DNA of 64,000 bases from Acidobacteriaceae bacterium (GTDB lineage: Bacteria > Acidobacteriota > Terriglobia > Terriglobales > Acidobacteriaceae): NCBI GenBank assembly GCA_049280995.1, contig JBAPRH010000046.1, positions 24,426-88,425 on the forward strand. The letters run 5' to 3'. The position numbers were made by a program, and so were the translations under genes. The first letter of the stretch is position 1; the number at the start of each line of letters is the position of its first letter. Below are positions 40,877 through 48,996 of this stretch, in pieces. The notes under the pieces are model-generated. The model saw nothing but the letters and a program-made list of their open reading frames with translations, ran no database searches and had not been told where the DNA came from.

Positions 40877-41944
40877 CTACGGCGAGTAATACCCGGTCCG
40901 GGTCCGAGCGACCAGTCCGGGTTTTGCGATTTCAACTCGAATCTGGTGATATTCGTCCGGTTCGCCCACACCCCCATCGAACGAAAGTTCGTAGTACGCA
41001 CCGGCATCCGACATCGCCTCCCGCAACAGTCCGGTTACATCATTGCTCGAGTTCAGGACGCGGCCGCCGCTCTGGACCGCCAGCACCTGCAACGCCAGGT
41101 TTCCGAATTGCACTTCGTCCGGCTTGCGAACCCCCTTCACAAAATTCTGGTAAGCCGAAATATAGAGGCCGCCGGCGTCCGCCGTGCCCAGCGGATCGAT
41201 GCTGTACAGCGTTATCCTCGCCTCGCGAAGTCCAGTGGACAGCCCGGCGACGGTCCGAAAGATACCGCGCTGTTGTTTCGGGCCGATCTGCACGGCAGGG
41301 CCGGACAGAATCGGCCACCCCGGCGAAATCCACAACACAAATTTCCGCCCCGGCACCGTGGCCTCGTGTGTGCTGAGCATGTGGATCGCCTTGATCGAGA
41401 GCGAAAGCCGGTCGCCTGCCCCATAAAAGCCCTGCGAACGGTGAATGGTCCGCAGCCCCACCGTAAAATGGTCCAGCGAAGCGCTGAGTGCATTTCCGTC
41501 CTGCGAAAAGCCGTTCTGTATCTGAGTGCCCGTATCGGTGAAGATCGCCAGTTGCGTGGGATAGGCCAAATGGCCGCCGTTAGCCCGCAGAAATTTGTCG
41601 ATCTGTCCGCGTTCATAAGCAACGGTCTGGTAATAGCTGTTGACCGCGTCGACGACAAGGATGACCTTAATCGGAGCTTCGCTGCCGTCAACAGCGTAGA
41701 ACAACGTAATCTTCTGCGGAACTTTATTGTCCAGAACCGTGAAATCCCCCGCGGTAAGCCCTGAAACCGGCTCGCCTCCACGCTTCGGCGTGACCACCAC
41801 GTCGAGCGTGATCGGGTGCCGCGGAGTGACCACACCTGAAGCAGCTTCGCCCCGCTGAACCACTGCTGCTTTCTGCTGTGCAAATCCGAACGGATGACAC
41901 AACAGCCCCGCCAGAACAATTCCTACGCCCGCGCCAAATCGCAT
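40877..41944 (-). CDS. Secreted VWA domain protein (acidobacterial VWFA-related type)
   Basis: Signal peptide, LDVVVT...PVSGL...DF.VLDN, PGRK.VLWISPG, LAVQSGG, YYELSF, RTRTGYY. Confidence 0.85.
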   Translation of the reverse strand: MRFGAGVGIVLAGLLCHPFGFAQQKAAVVQRGEAASGVVTPRHPITLDVVVTPKRGGEPVSGLTAGDFTVLDNKVPQKITLFYAVDGSEAPIKVILVVDAVNSYYQTVAYERGQIDKFLRANGGHLAYPTQLAIFTDTGTQIQNGFSQDGNALSASLDHFTVGLRTIHRSQGFYGAGDRLSLSIKAIHMLSTHEATVPGRKFVLWISPGWPILSGPAVQIGPKQQRGIFRTVAGLSTGLREARITLYSIDPLGTADAGGLYISAYQNFVKGVRKPDEVQFGNLALQVLAVQSGGRVLNSSNDVTGLLREAMSDAGAYYELSFDGGVGEPDEYHQIRVEIAKPGLVARTRTGYYSP

Positions 41945-42004
41945 CCGTCGTCTCCGCACTTCCCAAAGCCCGCACTTCCCAAAAGCGTAGACGCAGCGGC
42001 ATCC

Positions 42005-42478
42005 TCAAAAGACCCCACCGGTGGAACCGCTCCCATTGCCGGACTCCGTCCCCGCCGCCCTCAGCCAGGCCTCCATCTGCGCGTGGTCCACCACTCCCGC
42101 CTGCTGCTGGACCAGTTTGCCACCGGCAAAAATTGCGAAGTTCGGAATTCCGCGCACGTTGTACCGCGCGGCCAGGTTGGGATGCCTCTCCGTATCCACC
42201 TTCAGCACGATGGCCCGGCCGGCCATCTCCAACGCCGCGCGCTCCACGTGCGGAGCGGCCATCTTGCACGGCCCGCACCACTCCGCCCAGAAATCCACCA
42301 GCACCGGCACTCGCGCCGACTTCACAACGTCGTCAAAAAGCGCGGTGTCCGCCGCCACCGGTGCATTCAGCGGCGGAAGCGGCTGCTTGCACGCCCCGCA
42401 GCGCCCCGTGTCGGCCAGATGAGAGGCCGGAACCCGGTTTTTTGCACCGCACTGCTGACAAGCCCGAATCAACGGCAT
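42005..42478 (-). CDS. trxC: Thioredoxin with N-terminal zinc finger
   Basis: CQQC..KNRV, CGAC, DFWAEWCGPC. Confidence 0.93.
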   Translation of the reverse strand: MPLIRACQQCGAKNRVPASHLADTGRCGACKQPLPPLNAPVAADTALFDDVVKSARVPVLVDFWAEWCGPCKMAAPHVERAALEMAGRAIVLKVDTERHPNLAARYNVRGIPNFAIFAGGKLVQQQAGVVDHAQMEAWLRAAGTESGNGSGSTGGVF

Positions 42479-42639
42479 AATAAACTCCTCCTCCGGCTCT
42501 CTTATCTCTGGATGTCCCCCCGCAACCGAAGGATTCTCCCCGACAGTGCAATCCCATTGAAACCATAGCCCGCATTTGTATCCGGAAAAGCTACCAGCAG
42601 CGAATCCCGTAGACGGATAGTGATTCTTCCGGCTAAGCA

Positions 42640-42685
42640 GCGTAGAAAAAGAACGGGAGGCTCTACTACCGTTCTTTTTCTACGC
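42640..42685. terminator. Perfect 17-bp inverted repeat, terminator-like in both directions
   Basis: GCGTAGAAAAAGAACGG ... CCGTTCTTTTTCTACGC. Confidence 0.6.
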
Positions 42686-42748
42686 CCGCCCGTGCGGCCA
42701 GCACCGCCCGCCGCGCAGGCGTCTTTTCAGCTATACTAGCCGGTCGCT

Positions 42749-43531
42749 ATGAAGATTCTCGTCTGCATTAAGCAGGTTCCGCAAAAGGACGCGCCGCTCA
42801 AGCTCTCTGACGACGGCAAGTGGATACGCGAAGACACCTCCTATGAGGTGAACGAGCCCGACGCCTATGCCCTCGAAGAGGCCCTCCGCCAGAAGGAAAA
42901 GCATCAGGGAGAAGTCACCGTCCTGACCGCGGGCCCCGCGCGCGCCTCTCAGGTCCTGCGCGAGGCGCTGGCCAAAGGAGCCGACCGCGCCATCCACCTT
43001 GAGGACGACCGCTTCACCCGTCTCGACTCCGCCAACACCGCCCGCGCCATCGCCGCCGCCGTCCGCCCCCCGCTCTCTGAAGAAAACTTCGACCTCATCG
43101 TCACCGGCCTCCAGTCCGACGATTACGGCTGCGCCCAGACCGGCGTCCTGCTCGCCGAAATCCTCGGCATCCCCCACGCCACCATCATCATCGGCATTGA
43201 AAAGACCGCCGACGGCCTGCACCTCAAGCGCGAATTGGAAGCCGGGCACTACCAGTACATCGACATGAAGCTCCCCGCCGTCCTCGCCATCCAGAGCGGC
43301 ATCAACAAGCTGCGCTACGCCACCCTGATCGGAATCAAGCAGGCCAAAACCAAACCTGTCCGCAAGGTCACGTGGGCCGAGGTCGAGGGCCAGCTAAGCA
43401 AAAACCAGCAGCAGATCGAACGCCTTTACATCCCCGAAAAGCAGAAAAAGACTGAAATGATTCAGGGGCCGCCGGCCGAATCTGCAAAGAAGCTAATTGA
43501 CTATCTCAAAAACCAGGCGCGTGTGCTTTAA
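42749..43531 (+). CDS. etfB: Electron transfer flavoprotein beta subunit
   Basis: MKILVCIKQVP, D.YALEEAL, LAKGADRA, G.QSDD, RELE, RYATL.GI..AK. Confidence 0.95.
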   Translation: MKILVCIKQVPQKDAPLKLSDDGKWIREDTSYEVNEPDAYALEEALRQKEKHQGEVTVLTAGPARASQVLREALAKGADRAIHLEDDRFTRLDSANTARAIAAAVRPPLSEENFDLIVTGLQSDDYGCAQTGVLLAEILGIPHATIIIGIEKTADGLHLKRELEAGHYQYIDMKLPAVLAIQSGINKLRYATLIGIKQAKTKPVRKVTWAEVEGQLSKNQQQIERLYIPEKQKKTEMIQGPPAESAKKLIDYLKNQARVL

Positions 43532-43621
43532 TGGATAGCCGAGGCGGCCCCGCCGCCTCCAATGTTCCGAATTTCCGGCCCGAAATGCAGGCCCCAAATT
43601 CCGTCCAAGGAGAAGTCGTAC

Positions 43622-43903
43622 ATGGCCAATCTCACCATCCCCGCCGCCGAGCGCAACCTCACGCCCGACCAGGTCGAGGATCTGGACAACCGCCGCCGCT
43701 GGGGACTCACCTGCCAGGTGCTCGGCGTCCAGTTCGCCTGCTTCGCCGCCCTGCTCCTTCTCTGGTCCGGCCAGGACGCGACCTATTCGCCCGGATGGAT
43801 TCACCCCATGCTCTACTACAACATCCTCTGCGTCATTCTCGCCGTCGCCTTCTTCGCCTACGGAACCATCCTGAAGCGCGGCAACCTCGACTTCCTCGAC
43901 TAG
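43622..43903 (+). CDS. Small two-TM membrane protein (93 aa)
   Basis: AAGGAG RBS, host-like codons, two hydrophobic segments. Confidence 0.75.
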   Translation: MANLTIPAAERNLTPDQVEDLDNRRRWGLTCQVLGVQFACFAALLLLWSGQDATYSPGWIHPMLYYNILCVILAVAFFAYGTILKRGNLDFLD

Positions 43904-43923
43904 CACGCCGCCACTTCTCAAGA

Positions 43924-43975
43924 TGTCATCCTGAGCGTAGCAACCGCAGGGAGCAAAGCCGAAGGATCTGCGGTT
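43924..43975 (+). repeat. TGTCATC...GAYCTRCGGTT intergenic repeat, copy 2
   Basis: TGTCATCCTGAGCGTAGC...GCCGAAGGATCTGCGGTT. Confidence 0.65.
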
Positions 43976-43997
43976 TTGCTTTGATCCGCACCACTGC

Positions 43998-44040
43998 GGC
44001 TGCCCTATCCTTGACGCGGCCTCATCGCGGCAAGGGTGGG
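43998..44040 (+). repeat. REP-like hairpin (GGGTGCCCC family)
   Basis: GGCTGCCCTATCCTTG...CAAGGGTGGG. Confidence 0.7.
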
Positions 44041-44069
44041 CCGGCGTAACCTCAATTCAGGGACCACCA

Positions 44070-45065
44070 ATGCCGAACACCATCCTCGTCGTAGCCGAAC
44101 AGCGCGAAGGCAAGCTCAACCGCGTTTCGTTGGAAACCATAGCCGCCGCCCAACAGCTAGCCAAACAAACCGGCTGGCAGGTGGAAGCTGTTCTTCCCGG
44201 AAACAACGTTGCGGCCCTCGCGAACGAACTCGCGCAGAAAGCAGTCGCCAAAGTCTACGCCCTGCAGGCGCCATCGCTCGCCGCCTACACCTCCGACGCC
44301 TACGTCGAAGCCCTCAAGCATTTCATCGCGGAAAAGCAGCCGAAGCTCGTCCTCTTCCCCCACACCTATCAGGTGCGCGACTTCGCCCCGCGCCTCGCGC
44401 TCGCCCTCGACCGCACGCTTATCTCCGACAGCATCGGGTATAAAAATCAAGACGGAAAGCTCCTCTTCACTCGCCAGATGTTTCAGGGCAAATTCGCCGC
44501 CGACGTGTCGTTCGGGGGAGAATCCCCCTGGCTCGCCACCATCCAGATCGGGGCCTTCCGCGCCGACTCCGCCGAGGCAAATCCGGAGTCCGGCGCAGCT
44601 CCCGTCGAAACCATAGCCGCGACGGAAATCCCCGCCCGCGTCACGCCTCACGAAGTCTTTCAGGAAGCAAAGCAGGCCGTCGATCTCTCCCAGGCCGAAA
44701 TCATCGTAGCCGTAGGCCGAGGCATCAAGGAGCAGAAGAATCTCGCCATCGCCGAAGACCTCGCCAAAGCGCTCGGCGGAGAGCTCGCCGCCTCGCGTCC
44801 CATCTGCGACAACGGCTGGCTTCCATTAGATCGCCAGATCGGAAGCTCCGGCCAGACCGTAGCCCCCAAACTCTATTTCGCCCTCGGCATCAGCGGAGCC
44901 ATCCAGCACGTCGTCGGCATGAAAGCCTCCCGCACCATCGTAGCCATCAACAAAGACCCCGAAGCCCCCATCTTCGAAATCGCCGACGTCGGCGTCGTCG
45001 GCAACCTCTTCGACCTCGTCCCCGCCATCACCGAAGAAATCAAGAAGGCGAAGGCGGGGGCATAA
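44070..45065 (+). CDS. etfA: Electron transfer flavoprotein alpha subunit
   Basis: [49 protein letters not shown]. Confidence 0.96.
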   Translation: MPNTILVVAEQREGKLNRVSLETIAAAQQLAKQTGWQVEAVLPGNNVAALANELAQKAVAKVYALQAPSLAAYTSDAYVEALKHFIAEKQPKLVLFPHTYQVRDFAPRLALALDRTLISDSIGYKNQDGKLLFTRQMFQGKFAADVSFGGESPWLATIQIGAFRADSAEANPESGAAPVETIAATEIPARVTPHEVFQEAKQAVDLSQAEIIVAVGRGIKEQKNLAIAEDLAKALGGELAASRPICDNGWLPLDRQIGSSGQTVAPKLYFALGISGAIQHVVGMKASRTIVAINKDPEAPIFEIADVGVVGNLFDLVPAITEEIKKAKAGA

Positions 45066-45183
45066 TCGATAGTCTCTCTGATTTCTCTCTAGGATAATTG
45101 GGCAATGCTTTCTACCATTTTGTTCGGATACTTCTGCATCCTCCATAGATAATTCACCGCTGTACCACCGATTCGAGGGCTAT

Positions 45184-45732
45184 ATGGCATATTCCGTGGC
45201 TGCATGGTCAACACTCGCGCTTGCCATCCTCTCCCTAATTGCAGTCGGCATTTCATATTGGGGTATCAAGAAGCAGACAGCGAGTTTCGCTTCATCCGTC
45301 GCCGCCGATCTCTGCCTAAAACTGACAGATCGTTTTGACAACGACCAAATGCTGGAGACCAGGTCTCGTGCGGCGAAGGCTCTCCTCGACAAATCTAATT
45401 TGCAACAAGCTGACGACGTATTCGATTTCTTCGAACTCATTGGACTGTATGTGCGAAAGAAGGTCTTGGATGCGGAGATTGCGCACTCGATATTCTTTCA
45501 TTGGACAAATCTTTACTGGAACGCCGGAAAGAACTACATCATCGAGAGCCGAAAACAAAGTTCGGTTATCTACAGCGACTTTGAACTCTTATATGACACC
45601 GTGCTGCGAATTGAGAAACGCGTCGACCCAAAGTCACACGATATTGATCCAACCGAAGCAGATATTGAAGCGTTCCTAAGGCAGGAACTTGGCGAGGGAT
45701 CCGAAATAGATCGAGGTGGGGTCACTGTGTAA
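45184..45732 (+). CDS. Low-GC membrane-anchored hypothetical protein (DUF4760-like)
   Basis: N-terminal TM, then V.DFFE.IG..V....LD and Y..FE.L; atypical codon usage. Confidence 0.7.
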   Translation: MAYSVAAWSTLALAILSLIAVGISYWGIKKQTASFASSVAADLCLKLTDRFDNDQMLETRSRAAKALLDKSNLQQADDVFDFFELIGLYVRKKVLDAEIAHSIFFHWTNLYWNAGKNYIIESRKQSSVIYSDFELLYDTVLRIEKRVDPKSHDIDPTEADIEAFLRQELGEGSEIDRGGVTV

Positions 45733-45771
45733 AGCTGTTGCGGCATTCCAGTCCATACGACCACTCTCGCC

Positions 45772-45815
45772 GGGTGCCCCATCCTTGAACGCGCAGTTTG
45801 CGTTCAAGGGTGGGA
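45772..45815 (+). repeat. REP-like hairpin (GGGTGCCCC family)
   Basis: GGGTGCCCCATCCTTGAACGC...GCGTTCAAGGGTGGGA. Confidence 0.8.
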
Positions 45816-45958
45816 TGGCCAGTCCCTTGGCTGCCGGGTGTATTCTGCTCCCGCCTGGCCTGCAAAACCTGCGGGGCGATGTGGGAAGAACTCCCAGATG
45901 AAAATCGCAACGCGCCGAAGACCTGAAAGCTATATTCTGTATCCGTAGGTCACTCTCC

Positions 45959-46348
45959 ATGCGCCTCGAACCATTCCTCAACGTCAGCAACGGAACCGAT
46001 GCCATCGACTTCTACAAGTCCGCGTTTGGAGCCAAGGTCCTGTTTCTGATCCCCCCGGAAACCGGCTCCACGGTTGCCCAGCTCGAAATCGCCGGCGCAA
46101 CCTTCTGGCTGTCCGACGAATCGCCGGACCACCAGAATCCCAGCCCAACAACTCTCGGCGCAAGCACCGTCCGCCTCGTCCTCACCGTAGACGATCCAGA
46201 CGCCCTCTTCAACCGCGCCGTCGCCGCCGGAGCCACCGTAGTCTGGCCCGTCGAGGATCAGGATTATGGATGGCGCATCGGGCGCATCAGTGACCCCTTT
46301 GGGCATCAATGGGAAATCGGAAAACCACTCCATCCCGTCCACGGCTAA
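45959..46348 (+). CDS. VOC / glyoxalase (PhnB-like) protein
   Basis: AIDFYKSAFGA, VDDPDA...RAVAAGA, YGWRIGR..DPFGHQWEI. Confidence 0.92.
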   Translation: MRLEPFLNVSNGTDAIDFYKSAFGAKVLFLIPPETGSTVAQLEIAGATFWLSDESPDHQNPSPTTLGASTVRLVLTVDDPDALFNRAVAAGATVVWPVEDQDYGWRIGRISDPFGHQWEIGKPLHPVHG

Positions 46349-46370
46349 GGAGTACCTGGCTGCGGGTGGC

Positions 46371-46403
46371 GGGTGCCCCATGTCTCGATTTTGAGACATG
46401 GGA
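46371..46403 (+). repeat. REP-like hairpin (GGGTGCCCC family)
   Basis: GGGTGCCCCATGTCTCGATTTTGAGACATGGGA. Confidence 0.8.
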
Positions 46404-46731
46404 TCCACCTCCCTTTCTGTCAACCCCTCAGCCTGACTTTTCCCGCAACCTATTCATCCGACACGCCAAATATCTTCCCCCGGTATGCATGTGAATTACT
46501 ACGACGCGCTAAAATTGATATAGAAGGAATCCCTGAGAGAGACCGCCCCCAGGCGGCAAAGCTTAATCAGTTCAAACACATGAGAATAAATACTCCAGAT
46601 TCAAACACTTAGCCAAAAACCAGTTTTGCAACCCCAGCAGAATCAAACATTTTGCAAAAATAGGGCAAAAAATTGCAATCTTTTTGAGGAGCGTCGTGCA
46701 AGCGGGCGGTCCCACGGTCGGCGGCGATGCC

Positions 46732-46777
46732 GGGGAGCCCCATCCTTGATGCACGCATTTTGTGCAGCAAGGGTGGA
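46732..46777 (+). repeat. REP-like hairpin (GGGTGCCCC family)
   Basis: GGGGAGCCCCATCCTTGATGCAC...GTGCAGCAAGGGTGGA. Confidence 0.75.
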
Positions 46778-46802
46778 TTCACGCTTCTCCGAGGCTAAAA
46801 CC

Positions 46803-46853
46803 TTTGTTTTCAAGATCAACGTTTTCTAAGTCTTTTGTTTTCAGGATCAACGT
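46803..46853. repeat. 20-bp direct repeat, 31-bp period
   Basis: TTTGTTTTCAAGATCAACGT (46803) and TTTGTTTTCAGGATCAACGT (46834). Confidence 0.75.
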
Positions 46854-46955
46854 CACTTTATTTGAAAAAATTCAAGGCGGCGAAGCCGCAGTCGCTTGGA
46901 CGGCCAGTCCCGATGGCGCTCCCACGTCGCATCGAATACAGTAGTCACAACGGAC

Positions 46956-47999
46956 ATGTCGCTCCAGCCGCAAATCGAGGAAGCGCCGCAACGCGAATCG
47001 GACGTCGCCTCGCTGCACGACAGCTACGGACGGATCATCACCGACCTCCGCGTCTCCATCACCGACCGCTGCAACTATCGCTGCGTCTACTGCCGCACCG
47101 GGAGGGAGGGAGCGAAGTACGCCGAGCTCTCAATAGCCGAATACCTGCGAATCGTGCGCGTCTTCGTCAGCCTCGGCATCAAAAAAGTCCGCCTCACCGG
47201 AGGCGAGCCGCTGCTTCGCAAGGGACTCACCGAGCTGCTCACCGAGTTGGCAAAACTAAGAACCAACGATGAAGAAAAACCGGACCTGGCCATCACCACC
47301 AACGGCCATCTGCTCGAAGAGCAGGCCGTCGGCCTGAAGAACGCCGGCCTCAGCCGCATCACCGTCAGCATGGACGCCGTCGATGCCGCGACCTTCGAGC
47401 GCATCACCCGCGTTCCCGGCAGCTTCAGCCATGTGCTCAAAGGCATCCGCGCCGCGCAGGCCGCCGGCCTCGCGCCCGTCAAGGTCAACTGCGTTGTGCT
47501 GCGCGGCTTCAACGACGATCAGATTCCGCTCTTCGCCAAGTTCGCCCGCGAAGAAGGGGTCATCGTTCGCTTCATCGAAGTCATGCCGCTCGAAGAGGGC
47601 CGCCACTGGACTCGCGAATCCGTTGTTCCCATCGCCGAAGTCGTCGCCCGGCTGGAGACCTTCCGCCCGGTCGTCCGGCTCGATCCAAATACGCCCAGCG
47701 AAACCGCCGTCCGCTACACCTTCGATGACGGCATCGGCGAGATCGGAATCATCGCCCCTGTCTCGCAGCCCTTCTGCGGCCAGTGCAGCCGCGTCCGCCT
47801 CACCTCCGACGGCAAGATCCGCACCTGCCTCTTCTCGCAATTCGACCACGATCTCTATGGAGTGATGCGCCAGGGCGGGACCGACGACGACCTCGCCGCC
47901 TTCATCCGCCGCACCGTCGATCAAAAAGAGGCCCGCCACCACATCGGCGAACCAGGCTTCCGCAAGCCCTCCCGCAGCATGGTCCACATCGGGGGCTAG
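46956..47999 (+). CDS. moaA: GTP 3',8-cyclase
   Basis: LRVSITDRCNYRCVYC, TGGEPLLR, FCGQCSRVRLTSDG..RTCLF, C-terminal IGG. Confidence 0.96.
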   Translation: MSLQPQIEEAPQRESDVASLHDSYGRIITDLRVSITDRCNYRCVYCRTGREGAKYAELSIAEYLRIVRVFVSLGIKKVRLTGGEPLLRKGLTELLTELAKLRTNDEEKPDLAITTNGHLLEEQAVGLKNAGLSRITVSMDAVDAATFERITRVPGSFSHVLKGIRAAQAAGLAPVKVNCVVLRGFNDDQIPLFAKFAREEGVIVRFIEVMPLEEGRHWTRESVVPIAEVVARLETFRPVVRLDPNTPSETAVRYTFDDGIGEIGIIAPVSQPFCGQCSRVRLTSDGKIRTCLFSQFDHDLYGVMRQGGTDDDLAAFIRRTVDQKEARHHIGEPGFRKPSRSMVHIGG

Positions 48000-48035
48000 C
48001 CGCTGGCGGATTTACCCCTGAACGCAGGGTGCCCG

Positions 48036-48263
48036 TCGGGATTCACGAACGCAACCAATGCTTCTCAACTGAGTGGTCCAGCTCTAACTTTCTCTGGTGG
48101 TGTGGACGTCGGACTGGGGTTGGGTATATCCCTTAGCTTTGGTACCGATGCTGCTGGCCACACCATATAGACTGGCACAGTTACGGGCGGCTACGGTTTA
48201 AAGGTCTATGGCTATGCGGGTACTACCCAGACAAAGGCAGGAGGTACCGGCCCGAAATGCTAA
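48036..48263 (+). pseudogene. Headless Gly-rich fragment, probable polymorphic-toxin C-terminus
   Basis: SGFTNATNASQLSGPALTFSGGVDVGLGLGISLSFGTDAAGHTI*TGTVTGGYG...GPKC*; internal TAG at 48168; 3' end overlaps the next gene's start. Confidence 0.5.
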
Positions 48264-48574
48264 CGAATGACCAACTTCTTGGCATAGATTGGTCCGACTA
48301 CAGGCGGCTTAAAATTCGCTTGATTGTATTGTTGGCGTGCTGGATTCCGTTCGGAGCAGTAATCGGCGCACTGCTCCCAGCAGTTCTGCATACATTTATG
48401 GTTACGTATGGGCTTGCAGCAGCTTACGCGTTATATACAGGATTCGTATGGTTGCAATATGGGTTCTATTCTTGTCCGAACTGCGGGATCGCTTACCGTG
48501 GTCGTCAGCTGTGGCTTAGAAACTGCCCGAAGTGTGGTATCGAGATCAATCCAAAAAACTATCGTCCCAAATAA
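48257..48574 (+). CDS. Small two-TM protein with zinc ribbon; putative immunity protein
   Basis: AGGAGG at 48239, two TMs, CPNC...CPKC; low GC. Confidence 0.7.
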   Translation: MLTNDQLLGIDWSDYRRLKIRLIVLLACWIPFGAVIGALLPAVLHTFMVTYGLAAAYALYTGFVWLQYGFYSCPNCGIAYRGRQLWLRNCPKCGIEINPKNYRPK

Positions 48575-48815
48575 CCCGACCTGCCAATTAGTAGCACCTG
48601 GAGGCAATTACAACGTAGGCCCGAACGCGGTTGCGCTCTTCCAACCACAGATGTCAACGGCCCTCACAAACGCATTCAATTTTCTGAATTCACAGGGCAT
48701 CACGCCTTTGATCAATTCCGGTTATAGAAGCCCTGCCGATCAGTTGCGAATGCGAAACGGTGCATCAGGACCAAACCCAGCCGCGATTGTGTCATGGCAT
48801 CAGACCGGGATGGCG
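48564..48815 (+). pseudogene. Truncated M15-family (VanY/CwlK-like) peptidase domain, probable toxin C-terminus
   Basis: VPNNPTCQ...INSGYRSPADQ...SWHQTGMA, then REP sequence where the Zn-ligand Asp of SxHxxGxAxD is expected. Confidence 0.65.
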
Positions 48816-48961
48816 GGTGGCCCACACAAGCTGCTTTTGCTTGTGTGGGGGACATTCACAACCAATGACGCAAGAGGCGGGCGGCCCCGGTCTCGATAAA
48901 TACTGAATGGATCACAACACGAGGGGTGCCCTATGTCTCGCTTCTGAGACATGGGGCACCC
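48815..48961 (+). repeat. Cluster of three REP-like elements (one truncated)
   Basis: GGGTGGCCCACACAAGC...GCTTGTGTGGG (48815); GGGCGGCCCCGGTCTCGAT (48879); GGGTGCCCTATGTCTC...GAGACATGGGGCACCC (48924). Confidence 0.75.
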
Positions 48962-48996
48962 AGCTTTATCGCTGAACACTGTATTCTGGAAGGGCT

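Noticed and set aside
41954..41983. 14-bp direct repeat CCGCACTTCCCAAA
   Set aside because: Single local duplication near the VWA gene start, with no further support
48408..48899. 163-aa ORF as an intact gene
   Set aside because: Its 5' third overlaps the putative immunity gene and its 3' end is translated repeat; only 48564-48815 looks protein-derived
43998..48961. Repeats interpreted as a CRISPR array or integron attC sites
   Set aside because: Irregular spacing and variable sequence; no cas or intI gene; no RYYYAAC/GTTRRRY ends
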